A stretch of 63,644 bases of DNA, counting the filler, from Octopus bimaculoides (lineage: Eukaryota), in NCBI RefSeq assembly GCF_001194135.2. It is 8 parts of 7 records of this genome, joined end to end, with 100 filler letters (N's around TTAATTAATTAA, not from the genome) between each part and the next. Parts side by side here need not be neighbours in the genome. Positions count along the whole stretch, not along the records: positions 1 to 25,356 come from NC_068983.1; 7 more parts are not named here. The stretch is one strand, 5' to 3'. Made by a program: the position numbers and the translations under genes. Numbering within the stretch: the stretch's first letter is position 1; each line of letters starts with the position of its first letter. This document shows positions 12,950-25,356 of this stretch, in pieces. The notes under the pieces were generated by a model. The model was not told the DNA's origin. It was given only the letters and a program-made list of their open reading frames with translations, and searched no databases.

Positions 12950-13045
12950 GGATGGATAGATAGATCTCCACACCCATATACATACTTGTACAAGGTAGTA
13001 TCAAAAGATTCCCAGACTGCTTACGTTTAATAAAAAATAACTTAT

Positions 13046-13412
13046 GCCGTCGCCAGTACCACCTGACTGGCCTTCGTGCCATTGGCACGTAAAAGCACCC
13101 ACTACACTCTCAGAGTGGTTGGCGTTAGGAAGGGCATCGAGCTGCAGAAACTCTGCCAGATCAGATTGGAGCCTGGTGCCGCCTCCTGGTCCACCAGTCC
13201 TCAGTCAAATCGTCCAACCCATGCTAGCATGGAAAGCGGACGTTAAACGACGACGACCTAAGTTTTTGGCATTAGGAAGGGCATCCAGCTGTAGAAACTC
13301 TGCCAGATCAGATTGGTGCCTGGTGCAGCCATCTAGTTCGCCCAGTCCTCAGTCAAAGCGTCCAACCCATATTAACACGAAAAGCAGACGTTAAACAATG
13401 ATGATGATGATT
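13046..13412 (+). mobile_element. Two tandem family G retroposon tails (13046-13255; 13267-13412)
   Basis: Both end in (GAC/GAT)n; the second is flanked by the 11-bp TSD ACCTAAGTTTT (13256-13266, 13413-13423). Confidence 0.88.
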
Positions 13413-13809
13413 ACCTAAGTTTTAACATCGTCTCCTTTGAAATAGTCACCTTGTGCAGCAATACTCCAGTCCCAGCATTTCTGCCACTTTTGGAATCTGG
13501 ACTGGTAGTTGTTTTCTGCAATTGAGTCAAGGACCTTCTGTGATTCACTCTGGATCTAGACAATGGTGTTAAAATGACAACTGTTGAGCTGCATTTTCAT
13601 CTTGAGAAAAAGACAGAAGTCTGTGGGTGCTAAATCTGGTGAATATGGTGAGTGCGGAAATTATGCCATGTTGTGTTTGGTGAGAAACTCATGAATGAGG
13701 AGAGCTCAGTGACAGGGTTTTTGTGAATGACAAGCTCATTGTCGTAATAACAAGGTCATTGTCATTGTGAAGAATCCGATTTTTGTGAAGAATCTAATTT
13801 TTTGTGAAA

Positions 13810-14500
13810 AGTAGCTTGCTTACCAACCACATGGTTCCAGGTTCAGTCCCACTGCGTGGCATCTTGGGCAAGTGTCTTCTACTATAGCCTCAGGCCGACC
13901 AAAGCCTTGTGAGTGGATTTGGTAGATGGAAACTGAAAGAAGCCCGTCCTATATATGTATATATATATATATATATATATNNNNNNNNNNNNNNNNNNNN
14001 NNNNNNNNNNNNNNNNNNNNNNNNNNNNNNNNNNNNNNNNNNNNNNNNNNNNNNNNNNNNNNNNNNNNNNNNNNNNNNNNNNNNNNNNNNNNNNNNNNNN
14101 NNNNNNNNNNNNNNNNNNNNNNNNNNNNNNNNNNNNNNNNNNNNNNNNNNNNNNNNNNNNNNNNNNNNNNNNNNNNNNNNNNNNNNNNNNNNNNNNNNNN
14201 NNNNNNNNNNNNNNNNNNNNNNNNNNNNNNNNNNNNNNNNNNNNNNNNNNNNNNTATATATATATATATATGTATGTGTGTGTATATGTTTGTGTGTCTG
14301 TATTTGTCCCCCCAACATCGCTTGACAACCGATGCTGGTGTGTTTACATCCCCGTAACTTAGCGGTTCGGCAAAAGAAACCGATAGAATAAGTACTAGGC
14401 TTCCAAAGAATAAGTTCTGGGGTCGATTTGCTCAACTAAAGGCGGTGCTCCAGCATGACCACAGTCAAATGACTGAAACAAGTAAAAGAGTAAAGAGAGA
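13810..14500 (+). mobile_element. SINE family A inserted in the mariner; internal microsatellite spans a gap
   Basis: 5'-clipped head, (TA)n, N gap 13981-14253, then the tail. Confidence 0.9.
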
Positions 14501-15050
14501 GATCCAATTTTTTGTGAAGAATCCGACTTTTTGCGAAGAATCCGATTTTTTGTGTCGTCCCTCAAATGCTTCAAAACATCACAACAGAATTCGATTGACA
14601 GTCTGGCCCTGGGGGACGATTTCTTGATGCACAATAACCACATTTCCAGGGGGTGACCCTCGTGGAAGGTCTTCCAGATTGCTCACCATCTTCCAAGGAC
14701 GTTCTTCTGCTTTTGAAGCATTTGTGCCACATGAAACATTATGTACGACCCATTGCCTCATCGCCGTAAGCTTACTGAAGCATGCTCAATGTCTCTGTAG
14801 CAGACTTCCCAAGTTTAATGCAAAATTACATGTTGGCTCTTTGTTCCTGTCATCGACAAAATTGTTGACTACAGCATACATGTGATCATAAATACACAAA
14901 TTTCACAACTTGTGAAGTAAACACAGCAATGCCATTTGGCACACTGCCCCATGAAAGTTACTGCAAGCTCTCACTGTGCACACGACCATGTGCCGCCATC
15001 TGTTGGCGTGATACAGAACTAATCCAATAACTTTTTGATACCACTTCGTA

Positions 15051-15640
15051 CACGTGTGTATATGCATACACATATATATACACATGAATATAAAGATATA
15101 CATACATATACACATATATACATATACATACCTAAGCATGCACATACACACATACGCATTACACATACATGTATATACAAATATATACATACATATACAC
15201 ATACAAATACATACACATACATATGCACAAATATACAGATATACGTGCATATACACATATATACATATACATAGATGTCCATGCTCATACACACACATAT
15301 GCAAGTATATACATATATAAACAGATATATACATACATATACACATTTATTCATGTATTCTCAGAAACACATGCATATACACACACATATTGATATTCAA
15401 CATGACAAACACTGATTTGAGATAGACAAAAGAAACAAAACTGTGTGTTCGTGTGAATGTAGACTTGTATGTATGTGTGTATGTAAGTATGTATTTCTAT
15501 ATGTATGTGTTTAAGTATGTATGTATATGTTTATGTATGTATGCAGATACATGCATATGTATGTATGTGCTCATATATATGTCTGTATATATGTATGTAT
15601 GTACATATGTATGTATGTATGTACATCTTTGTATGTATAC
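15051..15640. repeat. Compound TA/CA/TATG microsatellite field
   Basis: Visible di- and tetranucleotide repeats. Confidence 0.9.
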
Positions 15641-15887
15641 CTCCTCTTTGCCTTGTTATCTGGAATGCATTTTAAATGGAAGATATTTGCACATGTGGTG
15701 CTTCATGTAAATACAAACCCACACACACAATCTTACATAGAGAAACAAAGTACTTCTAAGTAGAACAAAAAATATAATGGTTATCTGAACAACAGATAAG
15801 CAAACACACACACAGACATCCATACACAGGCTAAAAGCATACACACGACATACAGCCACACACACACACATATATATACACACGCAC

Positions 15888-16080
15888 ATGAGGGATGCTG
15901 AAAAGTTCCTGGCTTTGCATAGAAGAAAATACAGGAGGATCAGTTGATTATGATTTTGTTCAACATATTCCCTTCCCAGATTCACCCACTAATTTCAGTG
16001 GTCCTTCAGCTTTTCGAAACCCTGTAAAAGAACTTGGAATGTTGGGCCACCAACCAGGCCTTTCGTGATGCCCTTAAAGC
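15888..16080. mobile_element. Mariner-derived MITE, right end truncated
   Basis: Matches 5283-5503; joins SINE A at AAGCC. Confidence 0.85.
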
Positions 16081-16444
16081 CCGTCGTATATATGTATATG
16101 TATATGTGTGTTTGTGTGTCTGTGTTTGTCCCANNNNNNNNNNNNNNNNNNNNNNNNNNNNNNNNNNNNNNNNNNNNNNNNNNNNNNNNNNNNNNNAAAG
16201 CCCGTCGTATATATGTATATGTATATGTGTGTTTGTGTGTCTGTGTTTGTCCCATTAGCATTGTTTGACAACCAATGCTGGTGTGTTTATGTCCCCATAA
16301 CTTAGCAGTTCGGCAAAACAGACCGATAGAATAAGTACTAGGCTTACAAAGAATAAGTCCTGGGGTCGATTTGCTCGACTAAAAGGCGGTGCCCCAGGAT
16401 GGCCGCAGTCAAATAACTGAAACAAGTAAACGAGTAAAAGAGTA
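16077..16444 (+). mobile_element. SINE family A 3' half, with a duplication across a gap
   Basis: AAGCCCGTCGTATAT...tail AAAAGAG; 57 bp duplicated around N 16134-16196. Confidence 0.85.
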
Positions 16445-16799
16445 ATAGATATCTTAAATTTTTTAATAAAATTTCACTTTCCTAAAATGGTTTTATTCTA
16501 AAGAAAGAACAAAGTCCCAGAGAATATTGACTGCAGGAGGATCTTGTACAAGGGTAGATTTTATCCAGTAGGGGTTTTGTCCAGGGGAGGAGGGATTTTG
16601 TCCTAGTACCCTCACCATCATCTGTGTGTGTGTGTGTGTGTGTGCATGCGTGTGTGTTTGTGTGTGTGAGAGTGTGTGTGTGTGTGTGAGTGTGTGTATG
16701 TGTGTGTGAGTGTGTATGTGTGTGTTTGAGTGTGTGTGTTTCTGTGTGTGCGTGTATGACAGAGAGAGTGAGAGAGTGTGTGTGTGTGTGTGTGTGTTT

Positions 16800-17078
16800 A
16801 TCTTTGTGTTTGTGTTTGTTCCCCACCAATGAACTGCTAGGTTTCAGTGACATAAACAAACCAACACTGGTTGTCGAACAGTGGTTGGAAACAAATACAA
16901 ACATCACACACACACATGGCAGGCTTCTTTCGGTGTCCATCCACCAAATCCACTCAAAATGCTTTGGTTATCCCAGGGCTATAGTAGAAGACACTTGCCC
17001 AAGCTGAAATACAGTGGGACTGAACATGGAACCATGTGGTTGCGAAGCAAACTTCTTACAACACAACCACACCCACAC
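16800..17078 (-). mobile_element. SINE family A, degenerate
   Basis: Reverse match to the head and part of the tail. Confidence 0.7.
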
Positions 17079-17449
17079 CTATAAAAAAATAATGTATTTC
17101 CTTATCTAAGCAAGCAGGTACATGATTTTTTAAACTATATACCTGCTATCGCTGTTATTAAATAATCAATTTCTATGTTACGGGAATTTCTGTAATGCAA
17201 TCCATTCATTGATTATAGATTGCATCATCTCTTTATATACATAGAGTTAAAAACTTTCTTAACATAGTTATTAATCTCTTTGCATATTTAGCTAACCAGA
17301 CATTTAAGAGCCAAGCCAACAAAGAACTCTTTTTAAGGGCAAATCTATATGCTAGAAATATTAGCTACATTATATATACATATTATATACATAATCTTCT
17401 AAAAGAAGGAAAAGAGATGTTGAATAATATAAGCTTAGATACATAGTGT

Positions 17450-17778
17450 GGAGGGTCAATGGCCCAGTGGTTAGGGCAGCGGACTTGAAGTCATAGGATT
17501 GCAGTTTAGATTCCCAGACCGGGCATTGTGAGTGTTTACTGAACGAAAACACCTAAAGCTCCACAAGGCTCCGGGAGGGGATGGTGGCGAACCCTGCTGT
17601 ACTCTTTCACCACAACTTTCTCTCACTCTTACTTCCTGTTTCTGTTGTGCCTGTAATCCAAAGGGTCAGCCTTGTCACACTGTGTCACGCTGAATATCTC
17701 TGAGAATTACGTTAAGGGTACACGTGTCTGTGGAGTGCTCAGCCACTTGCACGTTAATTTCACGAGTAGGCTGTTCCG
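17450..17778 (+). mobile_element. SINE family C, 3'-truncated
   Basis: CAATGGCCCAGTGGTTAGGGCAGCGGAC head; body as in 33685-34081. Confidence 0.9.
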
Positions 17779-17987
17779 TATATATATATATAAATAGATA
17801 TATATACATACATGTACACATATATAAATACATATATATATATATATACACACATATATATACATATATATATAATGACACACACACACACACATACACA
17901 CGCACACATACATACATATCAATCAATTAACATCAGTTTAAACCAGTGGTCTAGCATATTCACAAAATCCGAAGATTTAAAAATGTT

Positions 17988-18133
17988 ATTACAATTGATA
18001 AGAGGAATGACCACTAAAGTGGATTCCTAATATGCTAAAGATAGAGAACTCACTCTTCGTGGTAAGGTGATTTGAGGTCTATCTTTAGCATATTAGGAAT
18101 GCACTTTAATGGTCATTCCTCTTATTAATTGTA

Positions 18134-18135
<2 letters not shown>
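17988..18135. repeat. Near-perfect inverted repeat (58-bp arms, 32-nt loop)
   Basis: 17988-18045 versus the reverse complement of 18078-18135: 3 mismatches in 58 by manual alignment. Confidence 0.95.
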
Positions 18136-18176
<41 letters not shown>

Positions 18177-19399
18177 AACATTATCTATCACATACACAAA
18201 CAAATACATAGTTACCTTTATACAATTTTATGTACACATATAGACGTACACCTACCTATCTATGTGTATATATATGTGTGTGTGTGTGTGTGTGTATGTG
18301 TGTGTGTGTGCGTGCATGTGTGTGTGTATAAAGAGAGAGAGAGGGAGGAAGTGAGAGAGAGAGAGATATGTGTATATACATAGCTATAGATTTGTGTGTA
18401 TGCATATTCATATATACAATATATGCATATACAAACTTATATACACACATAGACACACATATTTATATATGTATATATATATACACACACAAATATATGT
18501 ACACATTCATACAGACACTCACACACACACACACACACATACATACATACAGACAAATACACACACATATCTATATATAGATATATATAGAAATAACTTT
18601 CTAAAATGAAATTCCATTATGCAGCTGAGGAGTACATTTTCATTGTATTTTCTGTGGTGTTCTCACTACATGAATAAATGGAGCCTGTACGAAACGTACG
18701 TACTGCTATAACCTATTGAATTTTTGTTGCTTAACTTCAAATATATAAATATATATATATATATACACACACACAGACATATGTACACATTCATACAGAC
18801 ACTCACACTCTCTCACACTCACACACACGCACACACATACATACAGACAGACAAATTACACATACACACACACAGACATATATTCACAGACACAAAGCTT
18901 ACACTAAAGAAAATGCTTTCGTTATTTTACTGAGTGACAATAATTGCTGCTGGAAGTCAAAGGTAATCAGGCACCATATGTATACATTTGGATATCGGCA
19001 TGGCTGTTTGATATCGACATGCTTGTTTGATGTTGCCATTTATCACTTAACTCCATCTCTCAAACAGCCATCCCAATTTTTACCAATTTTCCTGATAATA
19101 CTGCTCAGTCTTCTTTTTATTTGCTTTTTATGGGTTTTCCGTGGGTTCTTTTTTTTTTAATTTCTTTTTTTTTGTTTTTTTGTTTTTAATGCTTTCTTCT
19201 TTTAGCTATTCTGAACAATCATTGCAATCATGATAGAGAAAAACACTAACCTAATTTATCTGGTAATCACAAACACTTCCCCCCCTCCCTCCATCCACAA
19301 CCATGACCACCACCACGACCACCACCACATGGAAGCGTAATGATTGCCTTACATATCGACGCGCTCGTACGCAGAGACAGATCAGCGAAAGTAACATAT

Positions 19400-19980
<581 letters not shown>

Positions 19981-20640
19981 CATGTGCGCACAAATAGCCA
20001 TAAGTGTATGTCTCCGATCAACATGTAGGCCAGGTCTCGCCTTAGAACTTCACACAGCGGTTCTGTATCTACGATCAACGCATTGTTTGAAGATTCTAAC
20101 CAAATTACCTAATCAACAGCATGGCCTCAATTTCTCACCGTGATCCTATAATCAAATCTTCATTGATAACAGACAAGAAAGAACTTTGGTCAGTGGTTTT
20201 GTGTTGCCACTGTGCCATTACAGTATCTCAACTACAAATAAAAGTGATAGTCTGTGCGTGAATATATGCGTATGTGTGTGTTAAAGGAAGAGAGAGAGAG
20301 AAAAAGTCAAAGACAGAGATAGACAGAAGCGAATAGAGATTTTAGTATTTCTTTGTTAGTTAATAAATGGGCAAGCATGGCATTGTTACTGAATTTGGAT
20401 GAACACACCAAGTCGAATGGTAACCGTGTGGCGTAAGTAAATGTGCTGCACTTCCCTTCAGTTTGCGTTTGGCACTGATTTGGGGCCTGCGTTTATGTGG
20501 TCATGGTTGCTTCTTAACCGTGTGGTTTTTCAGGCTCAGGTTCAGGTTCAAGTCCCGCTGTGTGGAATCTTCAGATCGACCAAAACCTTGTAATTGGATT
20601 TGTCAAATTGGACACTGAAAGAAGCCTATCATATACATAT

Positions 20641-20677
<37 letters not shown>

Positions 20678-21406
20678 NNNNNNNNNNNNNNNNNNNNNNN
20701 NNNNNNNNNNNNNNNNNNNNNNNNNNNNNNNNNNNNNNNNNNNNNNNNNNNNNNNNNNNNNNNNNNNNNNNNNNNNNNNNNNNNNNNNNNNNNNNNNNNN
20801 NNNNNNNNNNNNNNNNNNNNNNNNNNNNNNNNNNNNNNNNNNNNNNNNNNNNNNNNNNNNNNNNNNNNNNNNNNNNNNNNNNNNNNNNNNNNNNNNNNNN
20901 NNNNNNNNNNNNNNNNNNNNNNNNNNNNNNNNNNNNNNNNNNNNNNNNNNNNNNNNNNNNNNNNNNNNNNNNNNNNNNNNNNNNNNNNNNNNNNNNNNNN
21001 NNNNNNNNNNNNNNNNNNNNNNNNNNNNNNNNNNNNNNNNNNNNNNNNNNNNNNNNNNNNNNNNNNNNNNNNNNNNNNNNNNNNNNNNNNNNNNNNNNNN
21101 NNNNNNNNNNNNNNNNNNNNNNNNNNNNNNNNNNNNNNNNNNNNNNNNNNNNNNNNNNNNNNNNNNNNNNNNNNNNNNNNNNNNNNNNNNNNNNNNNNNN
21201 NNNNNNNNNNNNNNNNNNNNNNNNNNNNNNNNNNNNNNNNNNNNNNNNNNNNNNNNNNNNNNNNNNNNNNNNNNNNNNNNNNNNNNNNNNNNNNNNNNNN
21301 NNNNNNNNNNNNNNNNNNNNNNNNNNNNNNNNNNNNNNNNNNNNNNNNNNNNNNNNNNNNNNNNNNNNNNNNNNNNNNNNNNNNNNNNNNNNNNNNNNNN
21401 NNNNNN

Positions 21407-21466
<60 letters not shown>

Positions 21467-21680
21467 AAGTCATGCACCACTACCGCTTTCTCCACCTTAA
21501 TTGATTCTATTTACCAGACTTGCCAGATACATAGATATAGTATTGATTCATTGATCGATTGATTTATTGATTGACCGATTTAGAAATTACGAGCATCGCA
21601 TAGTAATTCTCCCCAGTGATGTGTTCAATGTTAACGTCTAGACAGCTGGTGGATGCATTTCATTTACAGAATACAACGCA

Positions 21681-21711
<31 letters not shown>

Positions 21712-22129
21712 GAAAATGGAAGAGAGAAGAGAGATTTTTCCTGCATGTTTACTTTTCATTACTTTCTAAATACTCAATATGTTGAATTATCTTTGAATCC
21801 TTATCTTTTTCGACGGGAAAGAAAAGAAGTGAAAACGAGAAAAAAAGAAAAAAGTTTAAATGAACTACATAAATAAATTACAACTTGGAAGTTATTTTAT
21901 TTGAGCGTTGCCCTCGTCACTGACATTACGTCAAACATAGTAACCGTCGCCATGGTGGTGCAAATGTTATGACTTCAGCTTAAAAACAGCGGAAAAACGG
22001 TAACTCTCCTTATTTCACACACACACATGCAAATACGCATAATCAATGTCCTTATCATCAGCATCATTTAACGTCCACTTTTCCAAGCTTTGCATGGATC
22101 AGATGGAATTTATTGAGGCAGATTTTCTT

Positions 22130-22583
22130 ATTTCTTTACTGCCCACAAGGGCCTACACACAGAGGGGACAAACAAGGACAGACAAACGGATTAAGCCAAT
22201 TACATCGACCCCAGTGCATAACTGGTATTTATTTAATTGACTCCGAAAGGATGAAAGGCAAAGTCAACCTCGGCGGAATTTGAACTCAGAACGTAACGGC
22301 AGATGAAATACCGCTAAGCATTTCGCCCGGAGTGCTAACATTTCTTATTTCTTTGTTGCCCACAAGGGGCTAAACACAGAGGGGACAAACAAGGACAGAC
22401 AAAGAGATCAAATCAATTACATCGACCCCAGTGCGCAACTGATATATAATTTATCGACCCCGAAAGGATGAAAGGCAAAGTCGACCTCGGCGGAATTTGA
22501 ACACAGAACTAAGCGGCAGATGAAATACCACTAAGCATTTCGCCCGGCGTGCTAACATTTCTGCCAACTTGCCACCTTTACTC
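22130..22583 (-). mobile_element. Head-to-tail dimer of SINE family B inside a family G tail
   Basis: Two B units; 14-bp TSD AGGCAGATTTTCTT at 22116-22129 and 22584-22597; G-like sequence on both sides (about 22064-22700, minus strand). Confidence 0.9.
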
Positions 22584-22747
22584 AGGCAGATTTTCTTTAG
22601 AGTCAGATGCTCTTCCGGTCACCAACCCTCACCTGTTTTCAAGTAAAGTAATATTTCCCCATTGCCAGATATGTTTCTGCAGAAAAATGATTTTAGATTT
22701 TGGCACAGCACCAGAAATTTTAAGGGAAGGTGTAAGTTTATTCACAG

Positions 22748-23010
22748 ACCAGGCTGTGTGTTGAGTTTTTGAGCAAGACACTTTATTTCACATTGCTCCA
22801 CTTGACTAAGCTGTAGAAATGAGTTGCGATGCCATTGGTGCCAAGATGTATCAGCCTTTGCTTTTTGCTTGGGTAACATTGATGGTGTAGAGAGGGGAGG
22901 CTGGTATGCATGAGCAACTGCTGGTCTTCCATAAATAACCTTGCCCAGACTTGTGCCTCAGAGGGGAACTTTCTAGGTGTAATTTCATGGTCATTTGTGA
23001 CTGAAGGAGG
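22748..23010 (+). mobile_element. SINE family E-like (central TTGAGCAAGACACTTTATTTCAC domain)
   Basis: Central domain shared with 47375-47647; different 3' tail. Confidence 0.6.
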
Positions 23011-23339
23011 TCTTTACTTTTACATATGTATATTTGTATTTATCTATGTATACACACACATGCACACAACTGGTTTTCATACAGTTTGCCTAAACAATTC
23101 TACTCACAAGTTATTGGTCAGTCTAGATGTATAATAGAAGATATTTGACCAATATGTCAAACACACTGGAACGGAACTTCAGCACAATATAATTGCAAAG
23201 CAAACTTCCTAACCACACACCCACATAAGTACATATATGTGTGTGTGTGTGTGTGTGTTTGTGTTCACATATGTGTATATAACTTTCTGACCACCTCTGT
23301 CCAGCCATCCCCAGGATAGACCGCTAGCCACTAAACTTT

Positions 23340-23640
23340 ATTTTATTCTCTCTCTGTTTATTTTTCCATGTTCCTTTCTGTTGAAGAGTGTAGGCTCGAA
23401 ATGTAAAATACTTTCTCACCTTCCCGAGTGTTAAACTAATACACCTGTTTGTTGTTTACACACCTGTCTTCGTCTTTTGTATTTTTTTTTTTTGTAAATT
23501 CCAACTATATAAATGTGTGTGTGTGCCTATTTTCTCGTGTTCTGTTCTGTTGACGAGCGTAGGTTCGAAATGTAAAAGACTTTCTCACCTTCCCGAGTGT
23601 TACACTAATACACCTGTCTTTTGTTTATACACCTATATAT
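23340..23640 (+). ncRNA. Tandem dimer of a ~169-nt repeat, each unit with a minimal type I hammerhead-like motif (retrozyme or PLE pLTR-like)
   Basis: CTGTTGA-N-GAG(C/T)-GTAG-G(C/T)TC-GAAA-(C/T)GTA at 23378 and 23547 (period 169); third copy at 61551. Confidence 0.55.
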
Positions 23641-23690
23641 ATGTACCGTATAAGCAGTTACAAGTGACCGAAACCTTTAGCAATATATTG

Positions 23691-24282
23691 GGATCTATTT
23701 TAAAACGGGGGCCACATTTTTCATTAATGTTTTTGGTACGGAAAGACTTTCAAACTTCGTATACTTATCTATTTTGTGTTATAGAACAGAAAAATATTTT
23801 TGTATTCGAATTTATTTCATGTAAAAAATTGTCTTATTTCGATAATTTCAACCAATCACTGACAAGTATTCAGTTGTTTACATTTACTCCTTTGGCTGAT
23901 TAAGCGATGTAAAGCTTATTTAATCTCCATACCTTCGTTTTATTTGCTTTTTTCATTTTAAATTTGCTTTAACCCTAACCCTAACCCTAACCCTAACCCT
24001 AACCCTAACCCTAACCCTAGAGTTAGGGTTAGGGTTAGGGTTAATTGTTTCAGAATCGTTTGTTTATGTAGTGGGCACTTAATGTATATCGGCTGAATGG
24101 ACGTCAGTGATTGGTTGAAATTACGGAAATACGACAACTTTAGCATGGAATAACTTATGGATTTCTTTTTTTTTAAAGAAGACTAAGAGAAAAAGATGTT
24201 TTATATGACACATTCTACCAGTGTTCCAAGTTTCAAAGTGTTTCGTTAATGAAAAATGTGGCCCCCGTTTTAAAAAAGATCC
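23691..24282. mobile_element. Merlin-like MITE (592 bp) with a central telomeric palindrome
   Basis: GGATC...GATCC termini, ~37-bp TIRs, 8-bp TSD ATATATTG (23683-23690, 24283-24290), internal IR AATTTCAACCAATCACTGAC / GTCAGTGATTGGTTGAAATT. Confidence 0.85.
23970..24043. repeat. (TAACCC)8 followed by inverted (TTAGGG)3
   Basis: Direct count from the sequence. Confidence 0.97.
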
Positions 24283-24339
24283 ATATATTGTGCTTGAGAA
24301 GACCTATGAAACGAAGTGAGATCATAGTCATGGCCGATA

Positions 24340-24535
24340 CCAGTGCCACGTAATTGGTACCCATGCCACTGGCATGTAAAAAGTACCCACTACACTCTTG
24401 GAGTGGTTGGTATTAGCAAGGGCATCTAGCTGTAGAAATCATGCCAAATCAGACTGGGACCAGCCCAAACTGTCCAACCCATGCCAGCATGGAAAATAGA
24501 GGTAAAATGAAGATGACGACGATGATGATGATGAT
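24340..24535 (+). mobile_element. Retroposon family G tail
   Basis: CACTACACTC..GAGTGGTTGG...CCAACCCATGCCAGCATGGAAA followed by (GAT)n. Confidence 0.8.
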
Positions 24536-24947
24536 TAACATGATACATGCAAAATACAAATATTTGTTTGTCATCATACCTTCATTAAAAAGAAATAAAT
24601 AATTAATTATCACCATAGTAATTACAAAACAGAGTTCTACATTTTCCAACAAGGAGAGACTACACTAACTACAATCAACACATTTTTTGTTTTGTTATGT
24701 TTGTATATAGTTCATCGTTGTCATCTTATTTCCAAACTGATAGCAATTTGCTGTAGTTAGCTAAATGTTGACACACCTGTAAAAACGTTTTGACATTTCA
24801 TTTTCTTTTTAAGATTTTTATCTTCTTAATTCCATTTCTTTGGTTTCCATGTTAAATTTGCAAACTTCTGCTTACATATGCACATACATGTGTATATATA
24901 TAAATGTGTATATATACATGTGTATATGTATATATATATGTATGTAT

Positions 24948-24998
<51 letters not shown>

Positions 24999-25292
24999 CA
25001 AATATAGACATATATACACACATATATACACATCTATATATACATAAATAGACACACACATATATACACACATGTACATATATACACACATATATACACA
25101 TGCATATATATTTATACACAAACATGTACATATATACACGCACACATATATATACATGCATATATATATATATATATGCCCACACATATATATACACATT
25201 GTAACACAAATAGACGAACACATATACATATATAATTATATTATAGATATATATATGTGTATATATTTAAACATATTTAAATACATACATAC

Positions 25293-25356
<64 letters not shown>

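Larger units (their letters stand above)
12989..15050 (-). mobile_element. Internally deleted mariner carrying three nested retroposons
   Basis: Degenerate TIRs TACAAGGTAGTATCAAAAGATT (12989) and the reverse complement TACGAAGTGGTATCAAAAAGTT (ending 15050); minus-strand EQRANM.FCIKLGKSATETLSML..AYGDEAM (14850-14680) and HSPYSPDLAPTDF...GDYFKGD (13670-13430). Confidence 0.88.

Noticed and set aside
23970-24043. Ancestral telomere-telomere fusion site
   Set aside because: The orientation is (CCCTAA)n then (TTAGGG)n, opposite to an end-to-end fusion, and it lies inside a TIR/TSD-bounded element.
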